This document shows positions 51,108 through 59,813 of a DNA stretch of 64,000 nucleotides, in pieces (position 1 is the first letter of the stretch; each line of letters opens with the position of its first letter). Made by a program: the position numbers and the translations under genes. The stretch covers positions 32,001-96,000 of IMG/VR virus record IMGVR_UViG_3300021387_000036. One strand, 5' to 3'. Under the pieces are notes generated by a model. That model made no database searches. It saw nothing but the letters and a program-made list of their open reading frames with translations, and had not been told where the DNA came from. Origin of the DNA: a virus. Its lineage: Duplodnaviria > Caudoviricetes.

Positions 51108-51779
51108 TTACATTCCTGCATAACCGCAGTTACATCCGCAGAATGGACTCATACCTGCATTGTATGTCCATGCGTTTGGATATCTTACAACTCCAGCCAT
51201 AGCGTTTTGAAGTTGAAGATCATTGATTTGGTTCTGCATATCAGCCATTCTGTTGCCCGCGATCATATCTTTAACGCTCTGAATCTGTTCAGTTACGTTA
51301 GCATTAATAGCGGCAGTGTTAAGTGCTGCGTCATATCTGTTCTGAGCCGCAGTTTCTTGAATTAACATTTTTGTACCGCAGCAGCAGTCATTCTGTGCAG
51401 CTAAAAGATTTGCCTGACCTACAGCAAGTCCAGCTATATCGCGCTGAAGTTCGCCATATTTATCCTGGATTGCGCCAAGAGTGTCATGGAAAGTTTGATT
51501 AGTTGCTGCAACTGATTGAGCAGTTCCGCTTGTTACTGCACTGAGGATTTCTCTCTGATTTGCCATTGTGTTTTGGTTGTCAAATCCTCTCTGAACCTCG
51601 TTAGAAGTTGAAAGGTTTTCATAACCTATTGCATTAGCGAAACCATTGTTTCCCCATCCGCCAAATCCGCCGCCCATAAGAGCGAGAATTGCGAAAAGCC
51701 AGATAAATGAATTATTACCTAATCCACCATCATTTAATAAAGCTACATCGGAAGCTGATAATCCTGTTCCATTATCCAT
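51108..51779 (-). CDS. Conserved Clostridia phage protein (Gly-rich hydrophobic N-terminus, coiled coil, CCC motif)
   Basis: LSASDVA...WLFAILALMGGGFGGWG, VQRGFD, DCCCGT, Cys-rich tail. Confidence 0.7.
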   Translation of the reverse strand: MDNGTGLSASDVALLNDGGLGNNSFIWLFAILALMGGGFGGWGNNGFANAIGYENLSTSNEVQRGFDNQNTMANQREILSAVTSGTAQSVAATNQTFHDTLGAIQDKYGELQRDIAGLAVGQANLLAAQNDCCCGTKMLIQETAAQNRYDAALNTAAINANVTEQIQSVKDMIAGNRMADMQNQINDLQLQNAMAGVVRYPNAWTYNAGMSPFCGCNCGYAGM

Positions 51780-51818
51780 AAGCTTGCCCTCCTTTAAATA
51801 AAATAATATATTAACCTA

Positions 51819-52043
51819 TTAAATAGGTCTATTTATCATATTTAATACTTCTTGTGGATTAATGCCTTTTTGTTTTGCTAATTGATAAAATACTTGTTCA
51901 GCGTTCCCTCCATTTTGTTTAACTAAATCAATAGCTTCTTTCAAACGAGGATTGTTTAAAACCTGAGATTGAAGTCTATCATTTAGTTGCTGTAACGGTT
52001 TTCCGAATAATTGGTTGCTGAACCGCTGGTAAATTTTGTTCAT
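51819..52043 (-). CDS. Small Q/N-rich protein of the same cassette
   Basis: GGNAEQVFYQLAKQKGINP. Confidence 0.65.
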   Translation of the reverse strand: MNKIYQRFSNQLFGKPLQQLNDRLQSQVLNNPRLKEAIDLVKQNGGNAEQVFYQLAKQKGINPQEVLNMINRPI

Positions 52044-52416
52044 TAGGCACGCCCTCCTTTTGTGGTATTAACTCTAAAAGTAATGCTTGTAATTCATCTT
52101 TTTTAACATAGGCAGATAAGTCTAATTCTTTACTCGGTTCATTATCAAATTCTTCAATAAATCTAAATTTTCTTAAAAAAGGTCTGCCTGTGTTATCAGT
52201 TGTTTTGATATACATTTTATCATCACTTTCACTATCAAAAAGAGCAACCGCAGAATTATAACCTTGCACTAAATATGCGGAAGCTCCTATATCACCATTT
52301 ACCCATTCCATATTAGTAATTTGCTTTAATGGTTGTTGAGCAGGTTGTAATTGATTATAATTGTTATAACCCATCATCATATTTGGGTTATTATTATATA
52401 AATTATTCATCATCAT
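51979..52416 (-). CDS. M/N/Q-rich N-terminus protein of the same cassette
   Basis: WVNG..GA.AY.V......LFDSE...YIK.TD..G.P...YVKKDE. Confidence 0.7.
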   Translation of the reverse strand: MMMNNLYNNNPNMMMGYNNYNQLQPAQQPLKQITNMEWVNGDIGASAYLVQGYNSAVALFDSESDDKMYIKTTDNTGRPFLRKFRFIEEFDNEPSKELDLSAYVKKDELQALLLELIPQKEGVPNEQNLPAVQQPIIRKTVTATK

Positions 52417-52435
52417 TGTTTATCGCCCTCCAAAT

Positions 52436-52547
52436 AAAAAAATTGCCCTCGAAATTAATCGAGGGCATAATAAAAACCTAATAAAAAAAATGCCCTTAGT
52501 TATAAATAAACTAAGGGCATATATTTATTAAAAATAAGCTTGCCCTC
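52436..52547 (-). promoter_or_regulatory. Attenuator-like leader with two tandem terminators and an upstream antiterminator motif
   Basis: GAGGGCAAG at 52539-52547; T1 ATGCCCTTAGTT/AACTAAGGGCAT plus T-tract; T2 TGCCCTCGA/TCGAGGGCA plus T-tract. Confidence 0.7.
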
Positions 52548-52556
52548 TTATCTTTC

Positions 52557-52601
52557 TATTGTATATGATTTTTGGAACTTTGCGATTTAAAGCGTTTGTC
52601 C
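52557..52601 (-). promoter_or_regulatory. Class II promoter-like motif
   Basis: GGACAAA-CGCT-TTAA...N27-CATATACAAT. Confidence 0.55.
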
Positions 52602-52611
52602 AAAAAATTTT

Positions 52612-53412
52612 TTACGCTATCGTTTCAAAAACCCATGAAGTAGCAGATGGAAGATAGCTTGAACTCATTCCATAAAATCTACTTAAATAATAATATGGTT
52701 TATTATCAATAGTAATTTTCTCTACATAATTTTGTAATGCAGGGTTAGGTCCAACTGTAACTATGTTAATCATATCTATAAAATGATTTAGTCCATATAA
52801 TTTATTAAATTGAATAACATCAGAAGCAGTTTTATATCTCCAAGGATTATATACAGTAAATATTTTATCTTTATTTGTTCCATCATTTAATACATAATAA
52901 TGATTATTACTATCTCCTTCATAAGATAAAGTTATACAATTATCTTCATCATCAAAAGTTATAATTTCATGAATTGTATAACCATGTGCTTTAATATCTT
53001 CAGTTGTAGAAGTGCTTGCATACACTCCTAACATAATACCACCATTTTTTAGTGGTAAAATATCTAAAGATACAAGATAATTAAGACCTATCATTGTATA
53101 GGTATTATAATTAATATCAATAGGTAAGTTATAATAGTCATTGTTATTATCTGTAAGCATAGAAGTTGCACTGATATAAGTATTACTATTTAAATAAATA
53201 CTATATATAGTTTCTCCTTGTCTGTTACCTTTATTTATTTTTATATTACAACATATAGTTCCTCCTAAGGCAGTAGATGAAGTACTATCAATTTCAGCCA
53301 ATAGTAATTCAGAGTATTGAGTATTTATTATTTGTGTAATTTTTGTCATTATAACTTGTGCTTGTTTCTCTGAACTATCGCCAGAGTCAGCTCTAACATC
53401 ATAGTGTGCCAT
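52612..53412 (-). CDS. Hypothetical virion-accessory protein, distantly like 43.8-46.6 kb paralogs
   Basis: LPLKNGG motif, ITIDNKPYY near the C-terminus. Confidence 0.55.
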   Translation of the reverse strand: MAHYDVRADSGDSSEKQAQVIMTKITQIINTQYSELLLAEIDSTSSTALGGTICCNIKINKGNRQGETIYSIYLNSNTYISATSMLTDNNNDYYNLPIDINYNTYTMIGLNYLVSLDILPLKNGGIMLGVYASTSTTEDIKAHGYTIHEIITFDDEDNCITLSYEGDSNNHYYVLNDGTNKDKIFTVYNPWRYKTASDVIQFNKLYGLNHFIDMINIVTVGPNPALQNYVEKITIDNKPYYYLSRFYGMSSSYLPSATSWVFETIA

Positions 53413-53768
53413 TATTCTACCTCCTCAAAAGTAATACTATCTTGGATAGATGTATTGTTAAAGAGTGGATTTACCATTTCAAAAAAACCTATATATTCTC
53501 TTATCCCACCGCCGCCACCTTTAGGAAAAACCACCCAATCTTCACCTATTTTAATATAAACATTCACGATTGAATTATCAATATCGTCTATTTGTATATA
53601 AAATTTACCTTCTGTTGTTGCATCAGGCTCATTGGTTCCAATTATATAAAAAGCATTTAATAAAGTAGATACAGGAGTTCTTCCTGTGGAACCATTAAAA
53701 TTACCTAATACTTCATCTGAAGATAGAACTTCTGATACAGAAGGTAAAGAATCTGTTCTTACTCCCAT
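53412..53768 (-). CDS. Short tail-fibre-like adaptor protein
   Basis: GTNEP...G.FYIQ...VY.K....W..GGGGG module also seen twice in 54046-55473. Confidence 0.55.
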   Translation of the reverse strand: MGVRTDSLPSVSEVLSSDEVLGNFNGSTGRTPVSTLLNAFYIIGTNEPDATTEGKFYIQIDDIDNSIVNVYIKIGEDWVVFPKGGGGGIREYIGFFEMVNPLFNNTSIQDSITFEEVE

Positions 53769-53781
53769 TTTATTTCTCCTT

Positions 53782-53997
53782 TATATAATATTTTAAATCT
53801 TTAATTGCATTAAAGTTACCAACCTCTACCCCTTTTAATGCCCTCGCTTTATATCAATTACAATTATATCTGGGCGGCAGCCCAATTAGTTTAGTAATTT
53901 TGCCCTCCTAAAATATTAATACTTAAAGTTCCTACAACGCATATTAAAGAATAAACGTTGGTAACTTTAACACAATTAAAGATTTAGATATTATATA
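53782..53997 (-). promoter_or_regulatory. Structured 5' leader bounded by a ~41-bp inverted repeat, with an alternative internal hairpin
   Basis: Arms 53782-53823 and 53957-53997; two internal mismatches are G-U pairs on the minus-strand RNA; competing partner at 53923-53939; two GAGGGCA motifs inside. Confidence 0.65.
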
Positions 53998-54045
53998 TAT
54001 TTTTTTTATTTTATAAATTAAACATTCTTACCCATGATTAAATAT

Positions 54046-55473
54046 TTAGTTTTTTGTATATCTAAGCGTTAAATAATTTACAGTTCTTGTAACGTTTTGA
54101 CCATGTGTACCTGAAACTCCAATATTATTAGAACTTGATAGTTTTGTAGTTGAGCATAAAACATATACATCATTACAAACAGCTTCAGCAGAAAAAACTT
54201 TGTCATATGAAGAAAATGATATACCCGTATCACTCCAGGCTCCACCTGCTTGTAAAGTAAAAGATACCGCATAAGTACATTCATAAATTGTACTTCCATC
54301 TATCCATGTTCCTATAACTTGTTCATTAGTAGAATAGTGATGTGTAGGAGTAATTGATACAGTGGATCCTCCACCGCCGCCTCCGCCGTTTATATTATAA
54401 TTATTTTCACCAATCTGTAAACTAGATAAACTTCTAGTTGTTGGTTTTGTAGAGTTTGGAATTAAATACTCTTTTAATATTCCATATATATCATTTTTAG
54501 GTACTGTTTCAAGAGATTCATCACTTGTTGTTTCAAGTTCTTCTCTTTCAGAGGTCAGTAATGAAGTACCTATACGGACTGCGGTTTCATCTAATTCTTG
54601 AACTTTATTTTCAATCTCTGGATCTACGCTTCCTCCACCAAAAGGATACCATGTATCATTAACTTTTCCATATACTTGCGTAATTCCTTGATTATTATAT
54701 TGCATGTATATAGAACCATTATCTCCTTGAGATGCTGCGGGAGGGTCAGTCCCAAACAGATTGACACTACCTTCAGGAAACTCATACCAGGTTCCCGCAA
54801 TATTACCAAATACGCTTGTAATATCTCTGATATATACAGGCTCACTTCCGCTTTTATCTATCTCTTGAGTATATTTTAAATAAAGCATACCAGTTGTTCC
54901 AATACCATCAACTGGGTCTTCAATACCTACCATATTAGCAACTTCAGATAATGTTGCAGATATTACATCATTTTCTATTGTTATATTTTCACCAGCGGTC
55001 AATCGATTTTGTTTAGAGCTGGCTAATGCTTGGCTTGCAGCTAGGGTTGTACTATTTCCATTTATACTTGTGATACCTGATATTAGAGTATCATTAATTT
55101 CAACCCCGTTCCCGCTAATTATAATCACTGGGTCTAATCTATCTGTATCATATAATAATATCTGCTTATTAGTTGCATCTATCATAAATTTAAAGTAATC
55201 TGCTTCGGTTTCCGCCTCCACATCTTCTTCAATTATCTTTTCTACTTTAAGGTTATCAGGTTGAATAGTGACTGTTTTAGTACCATCAGCGCTAATGAGG
55301 TTCAAATTATCTTTACTCAATCCGCTGATACTAATAACTGTACCACCTTCAGTTCTTTCTGCTAAACTAATAGTAGCATCTGGTATGTGGAGGATATTAT
55401 TTTTATCAAGTTTAAGACCATCAAATGTAGGTAAGTCTTTAACTTTAACTAAAAAATCTTTACTATTTGGCAT
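54046..55473 (-). CDS. Tail fibre / receptor-binding protein
   Basis: KQNRLTAGENITIEN, duplicated G..DP....G..G..Y module, C-terminal HYSTNEQVIGTWIDG...Y domain. Confidence 0.7.
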   Translation of the reverse strand: MPNSKDFLVKVKDLPTFDGLKLDKNNILHIPDATISLAERTEGGTVISISGLSKDNLNLISADGTKTVTIQPDNLKVEKIIEEDVEAETEADYFKFMIDATNKQILLYDTDRLDPVIIISGNGVEINDTLISGITSINGNSTTLAASQALASSKQNRLTAGENITIENDVISATLSEVANMVGIEDPVDGIGTTGMLYLKYTQEIDKSGSEPVYIRDITSVFGNIAGTWYEFPEGSVNLFGTDPPAASQGDNGSIYMQYNNQGITQVYGKVNDTWYPFGGGSVDPEIENKVQELDETAVRIGTSLLTSEREELETTSDESLETVPKNDIYGILKEYLIPNSTKPTTRSLSSLQIGENNYNINGGGGGGGSTVSITPTHHYSTNEQVIGTWIDGSTIYECTYAVSFTLQAGGAWSDTGISFSSYDKVFSAEAVCNDVYVLCSTTKLSSSNNIGVSGTHGQNVTRTVNYLTLRYTKN

Positions 55474-55496
55474 AGTTTTTAATACCTCCTAACGAA

Positions 55497-55559
55497 AATA
55501 AAAGCCCTTGAACTAAATGAATAGAACAAGGGCATATTTTTTTATTTTTCTCTTGCCCT
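55497..55559 (-). promoter_or_regulatory. Attenuator-like leader (AGGGCAAG followed by terminator)
   Basis: AGGGCAAG at 55552-55559 precedes GCCCTTG/CAAGGGC hairpin plus T-rich tract, just before the RBS. Confidence 0.6.
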
Positions 55560-55560
55560 G

Positions 55561-55606
55561 ATAATATATATCATTTTTATAGAATCTAATTTTAATAGGT
55601 TTGTCC
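55561..55606 (-). promoter_or_regulatory. Class II promoter-like motif
   Basis: GGACAAA-CCTA-TTAA...N27-GATATATATTAT. Confidence 0.55.
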
Positions 55607-55613
55607 TAAAAAT

Positions 55614-58163
55614 TTAATCAATTTTAGCTTCTAAAGTAGCTATTCGCGCGGATAGATTTTCTATTTGTTCTTGTTGAATTTGACACATTTTTATTAAATA
55701 TGGCACAAATTTTGAATAATCAATACATGGTACCTTCCATGGTTCTTCAGGGTTGAATTCTGTGTAATCATTTGGAATATCTACCATTTCTGGATATATT
55801 TCAAGAACCTCTTCTGCGATTAATCCTCTATGATTTTCTCTATCAGACCTATCTTTATCACTATAATCAAAAGAGACAGGACGTAACTGCAATAACTTAC
55901 TTGCTTCTTCATCTGTAATATCTTCTACATTTTCTTTTACATGAATTGAAGATTCAACAATAAATTTAGCAGCTCTTAGTTTTCCCCAAGTTGAACTGTT
56001 ACGCCCAATAAAATCTAATGTATCATCAGCTCTTTGGGTTATCCTACATGTAAAATCATTGCTACTATATAATCGATGGAAATCTATAAATGCTTCATTT
56101 CCACCAAATAAGTCTATTCCACCTCCATTTGTTGTAGTTCCCGAAGAATATGTTTTATTTACATCAATACCGTATTTAAATGTAGTATAACCTGTTACAG
56201 TTCCTCCACTAATAGGTAAATAATCACCAGTTGCTTTAGTGACAATTGTTCCGAATCTACCTCTATCGCAATATTGAAGATTAGAACCAGTACCACTATA
56301 ACACCCATTCCAAAATGCTATTGCGGATGCTTCTACTACTTTTGTTCGATTTGCAGTAGTGCCCCATCCTATATCACCAACTGAAGACCTTGTAAATACA
56401 TCTTTATATGCTGCAGCAGCAAGCCCTTTAACACTTACATTAGTTCCCGCTATCTTAACTTGTCCATTAGAATCACCAGTTCCAACGTTTCCACTATGAG
56501 CAATGGTATATGCAGTTCCTGGATTTCCATTAATAAGATTGAAAATACTTACTTGATTATTGCTAGCATCTCTATTAGTTTTAGTACCAAATACAAATTG
56601 AAGATTATCATTATTATAGTTACCAATCTGCCAATGCCCACCAGATTTTGTATCCATGCAAACCACAGGATACCATTCGTCAACATTTAAATCTTTCTTT
56701 GCATATATACCCGCATTACCCGACGGATTAATATAACTAAGCGATCTAGCAGGAACTTGAATATTCGCAATATTGATATTACTAAAATTTAACTGCCCAC
56801 TCATCGTATCGCCACGTTTATTAACTTTACCATCTAATAAACCGAATAATCCTTCAGTTATATCATATGGTAATGATATATTCCCAGATTCGTCTTCACC
56901 ATTAACAGTACTCCAGCGATGTCTATATACATCTTCAGAATTAATTATTATCTCTTGCCCAGTTCCTTCACCATCGTCATAAGTGGCAATAAATCTATGC
57001 TGACCAGTAGTATCTTGTCCCATTTCAATATAACCATCATGTTCAAATGGGATATGCTCCATAATCAAATCCCCAGTCATAGTATCGCCAGTTTTAGATA
57101 CTTTATTACTAGTATCCATATTTGCTAAAGTATCTAATAATGATGTATGAGTTCCATCCCAAGTGCCACTTGTTTTTTCAATATCGCCTTTTAGTTCTAT
57201 ATCGCCTGTCCATTTAACTGCGAAAGCGTTAGAACGTGAGTAGTTATCAGTTCCGTTACCTATTATATGAGCATATATATTATCTGAATCTTCAATATTA
57301 TATCTTCCTGCGACATGCTGATTTTTTGAAGAAGCTTTTGTTCCTTCTCCTTCAGTATGTGATGCCCTTCCGCTTGCTTGAGTATTTATACCTTCAGCAT
57401 GGCTACTTTGACCAGATGCAGTGTTAGAATAGCTTACAGATTCACTACTTAAATTGCCGCCACCTTCAGCATGGGAGTAATTTCCACTTGCAGTTGTTTG
57501 ACCTTCAGCATGAGAGTATTTACCACTTGCGGTAGCTTTTCCCTCTGCGTGTGCGCCCTCTTCTGAAGCAGTTGAACCAGAACCTTCTGCATGAGCTGTG
57601 AAACCTGAAGCGGTTGTGCTTTGACCTTCCGCATGACTTGATTGACCTGTTGCTTTAGTATTATTACCTTCTGCATGGGCGCTAATTCGTTTCGTTGTAC
57701 TTGATGCACTTTCCGCACCTGCATAAGTTTGATATCCTTCTGCATGGTTATAATCTCCATAAGCAAAAGTAGCATAACCTTCTGAATGACTATAATTACC
57801 ACTTGCATTAGTACTTTTCCCTTCAGTATGTGAGCAATCTCCATTAGCCCTTGTACCAGCTCCCTCAGCATGACTATATTCGCCACTAGCTGTATTGCTA
57901 GAACCATGACTAAATGAGTAGTCACCTATGGTACTATCAGGAAATCTTGTACCTATAGTTAAAGCCTTGTGGTTTGCATTATAAGTCATGCCTTCGCTCT
58001 TTCCTGCGCCCTCGGTTCTTGTGATGTTATCAGCTGTGCCAGAAAAAAGAATCTCATACTCGGCATCCGTTGTAGTCTCAGTCTGTATTACTTTTCCAAT
58101 ATTAGCTTGGTCTTGCTCAGATAATCCTCCTATTTGTCTACCCTGGTTTATTAAAATACCCAT
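55614..58163 (-). CDS. Long tail fibre with SHAEG (YadA-like head) repeats and C-terminal peptidase S74 chaperone domain
   Basis: About 14-aa (T.ASG..SHAEG) repeats; SS..KENV....L.LRPV.F.Y...GLIAEEV....PEMV...IDY.K..PYLIK..Q. Confidence 0.85.
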   Translation of the reverse strand: MGILINQGRQIGGLSEQDQANIGKVIQTETTTDAEYEILFSGTADNITRTEGAGKSEGMTYNANHKALTIGTRFPDSTIGDYSFSHGSSNTASGEYSHAEGAGTRANGDCSHTEGKSTNASGNYSHSEGYATFAYGDYNHAEGYQTYAGAESASSTTKRISAHAEGNNTKATGQSSHAEGQSTTASGFTAHAEGSGSTASEEGAHAEGKATASGKYSHAEGQTTASGNYSHAEGGGNLSSESVSYSNTASGQSSHAEGINTQASGRASHTEGEGTKASSKNQHVAGRYNIEDSDNIYAHIIGNGTDNYSRSNAFAVKWTGDIELKGDIEKTSGTWDGTHTSLLDTLANMDTSNKVSKTGDTMTGDLIMEHIPFEHDGYIEMGQDTTGQHRFIATYDDGEGTGQEIIINSEDVYRHRWSTVNGEDESGNISLPYDITEGLFGLLDGKVNKRGDTMSGQLNFSNINIANIQVPARSLSYINPSGNAGIYAKKDLNVDEWYPVVCMDTKSGGHWQIGNYNNDNLQFVFGTKTNRDASNNQVSIFNLINGNPGTAYTIAHSGNVGTGDSNGQVKIAGTNVSVKGLAAAAYKDVFTRSSVGDIGWGTTANRTKVVEASAIAFWNGCYSGTGSNLQYCDRGRFGTIVTKATGDYLPISGGTVTGYTTFKYGIDVNKTYSSGTTTNGGGIDLFGGNEAFIDFHRLYSSNDFTCRITQRADDTLDFIGRNSSTWGKLRAAKFIVESSIHVKENVEDITDEEASKLLQLRPVSFDYSDKDRSDRENHRGLIAEEVLEIYPEMVDIPNDYTEFNPEEPWKVPCIDYSKFVPYLIKMCQIQQEQIENLSARIATLEAKID

Positions 58164-58207
58164 AGGTATATTCCTCCTTATTTTATTTCTCTAAATAGAT
58201 GTATAGT

Positions 58208-58636
58208 TTAATTAGTGTCAAGAATGATTGTACTTGTTCCCCACATCTTTGAACTTGATGTGATGGTAAATACAGAGCCACTTCCAGAGACTGTAAATGT
58301 ACGTGAACCATGTATTACTGTGGCTGTTGGAGCGGTATCTAAACGTAGTAAAACAAAGTGTGCTTGGTTTGCATTAAAAAATATAGCATTTCCAGCTTTT
58401 GTTCCATCTGGAGTGAATCCTAAATCCACAGTAAATGTATCGGTATTAAAAAATGTATATATTTTGGCGTTGCCTAGTTTTGACTGCATAGTAGTTAAAT
58501 TAGAATTTAGTTCATTTATTGCTCCAGTTACAGTAGTCGCTTCTGTATCAAGAGTCTCGCTTCCTAATAAATCGCGGGCTTCCGCATCTTTTAACTCTAA
58601 GACGTCTCCGCCTACGACCATTTCTTTTGCATCCAT
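58208..58636 (-). CDS. Short fibre-like protein
   Basis: LKDAEAR, L.T.A.TVTGAINELNS motif typical of fibre stems. Confidence 0.6.
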   Translation of the reverse strand: MDAKEMVVGGDVLELKDAEARDLLGSETLDTEATTVTGAINELNSNLTTMQSKLGNAKIYTFFNTDTFTVDLGFTPDGTKAGNAIFFNANQAHFVLLRLDTAPTATVIHGSRTFTVSGSGSVFTITSSSKMWGTSTIILDTN

Positions 58637-58652
58637 TTTATTATTCCTCCTT

Positions 58653-59798
58653 TTAACTCAATATAATTCTTTCATTTGTAGAATCATAGCTTGCGCCATA
58701 GTTAAATATAATTCTTTCATTAGTTGAATCATAATAACATTGCGCGTTATGTATATCACTATCTATAATATGGTAAGTTACACCGTTCATTTTTTCAGCT
58801 TCAGTTAAAGCATTATATTCGGCGGTGGTCAGGTGTCTAAGACTCTGGACCCCATGCTTATCAGTCAGCATTCCCGCCAACACTTCATTTCCATCCCAGT
58901 CTATGGTCTGTGCGTTGGAACGCGCGCTTGAGGTACCATTACCTATAATATGGGCATATATATTATTACTATCTATAATATTGTATTTGCCTTGAACATG
59001 TTGATTTTTTGAAGAAGCTTTTGTTCCTTCTCCTTCAGTATGTGAGCAATCTCCATTAGCTGTTGTCCCAGCTCCTTCAGCGTGAGATGCCCCGCCATTA
59101 GCTGTTGCACCATTACCTTCTGCATGAGAAGAGCCACCATTAGCAGTTGTGCCATACCCTTCTGCGTGAGAATATGATGCAGTTGCATTAGTACTACTTC
59201 CCTCAGCATGAGAATAAGCTCCTGAGGCGATAGAACCCATTCCTTCAGAATGTGAAGCAGCACCTGTTGCACGTGTGCCACTTCCTTCTGCATGAGCATA
59301 ATCTACATTGGTATCTCCTGCAATAGTACCTCCTCCTTCGGCATGAGAACCTTGTCCTTGAGCAGAAGTGGAACTACCTTCGGCATGAGAAGAAGAGCCA
59401 GTCGCACGTGATCCATTACCTTCTGCGTGGGCTCCCGTATTTGTTGCAGAAGTGCCTATTCCTTCTGCATGACTTGCCTCTCCTGATGCAGTTACCCCCT
59501 CTCCCGCAGCTATTGAATATGAACCAGTATTACCTACTCTTGGTCCAAATGAAGCTGCTTTCTTATAAGGGTTATATGTGAATAAAGGCCCTTTTAATGA
59601 TTCAGAAGTGCTAGTTGTTGTACTATTACTATCTGATACTAAAATTGGATAATTAGAATCTTTTGTTGAATCATCATAAGTTAATGTTTGTTTTACTTTA
59701 GTATCATTATCATCTATATAACCTTTTATTTTTTGGAAGATTCTAGTAATCATCGCACTGAATCCACCATTTTCTAAACTTTCATATTTTGTTGCCAT
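58653..59798 (-). CDS. Fibre protein with SHAEG repeats
   Basis: About 12 SHAEG repeats, AHIIGNG...RSNA, LT.AEY.AL. Confidence 0.75.
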   Translation of the reverse strand: MATKYESLENGGFSAMITRIFQKIKGYIDDNDTKVKQTLTYDDSTKDSNYPILVSDSNSTTTSTSESLKGPLFTYNPYKKAASFGPRVGNTGSYSIAAGEGVTASGEASHAEGIGTSATNTGAHAEGNGSRATGSSSHAEGSSTSAQGQGSHAEGGGTIAGDTNVDYAHAEGSGTRATGAASHSEGMGSIASGAYSHAEGSSTNATASYSHAEGYGTTANGGSSHAEGNGATANGGASHAEGAGTTANGDCSHTEGEGTKASSKNQHVQGKYNIIDSNNIYAHIIGNGTSSARSNAQTIDWDGNEVLAGMLTDKHGVQSLRHLTTAEYNALTEAEKMNGVTYHIIDSDIHNAQCYYDSTNERIIFNYGASYDSTNERIILS

Positions 59799-59813
59799 AT
59801 AAGACACCTCCTA

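Noticed and set aside
53860-53910. c-di-GMP-I riboswitch suggested by GGGCAAA followed by a small stem
   Set aside because: Lacks the GNRA-capped P2, the GACGCAAAGC junction and the P3 receptor; better explained as a GGAGGGCAA motif site.
57360-59520. CRISPR-like periodic repeats
   Set aside because: The ~42-bp periodicity is the coding SHAEG protein repeat, degenerate at third codon positions; no cas genes.
43845-59807. Diversity-generating retroelement acting on fibre genes
   Set aside because: No reverse transcriptase in the window; the repeats found are exact rather than adenine-specific TR/VR pairs.
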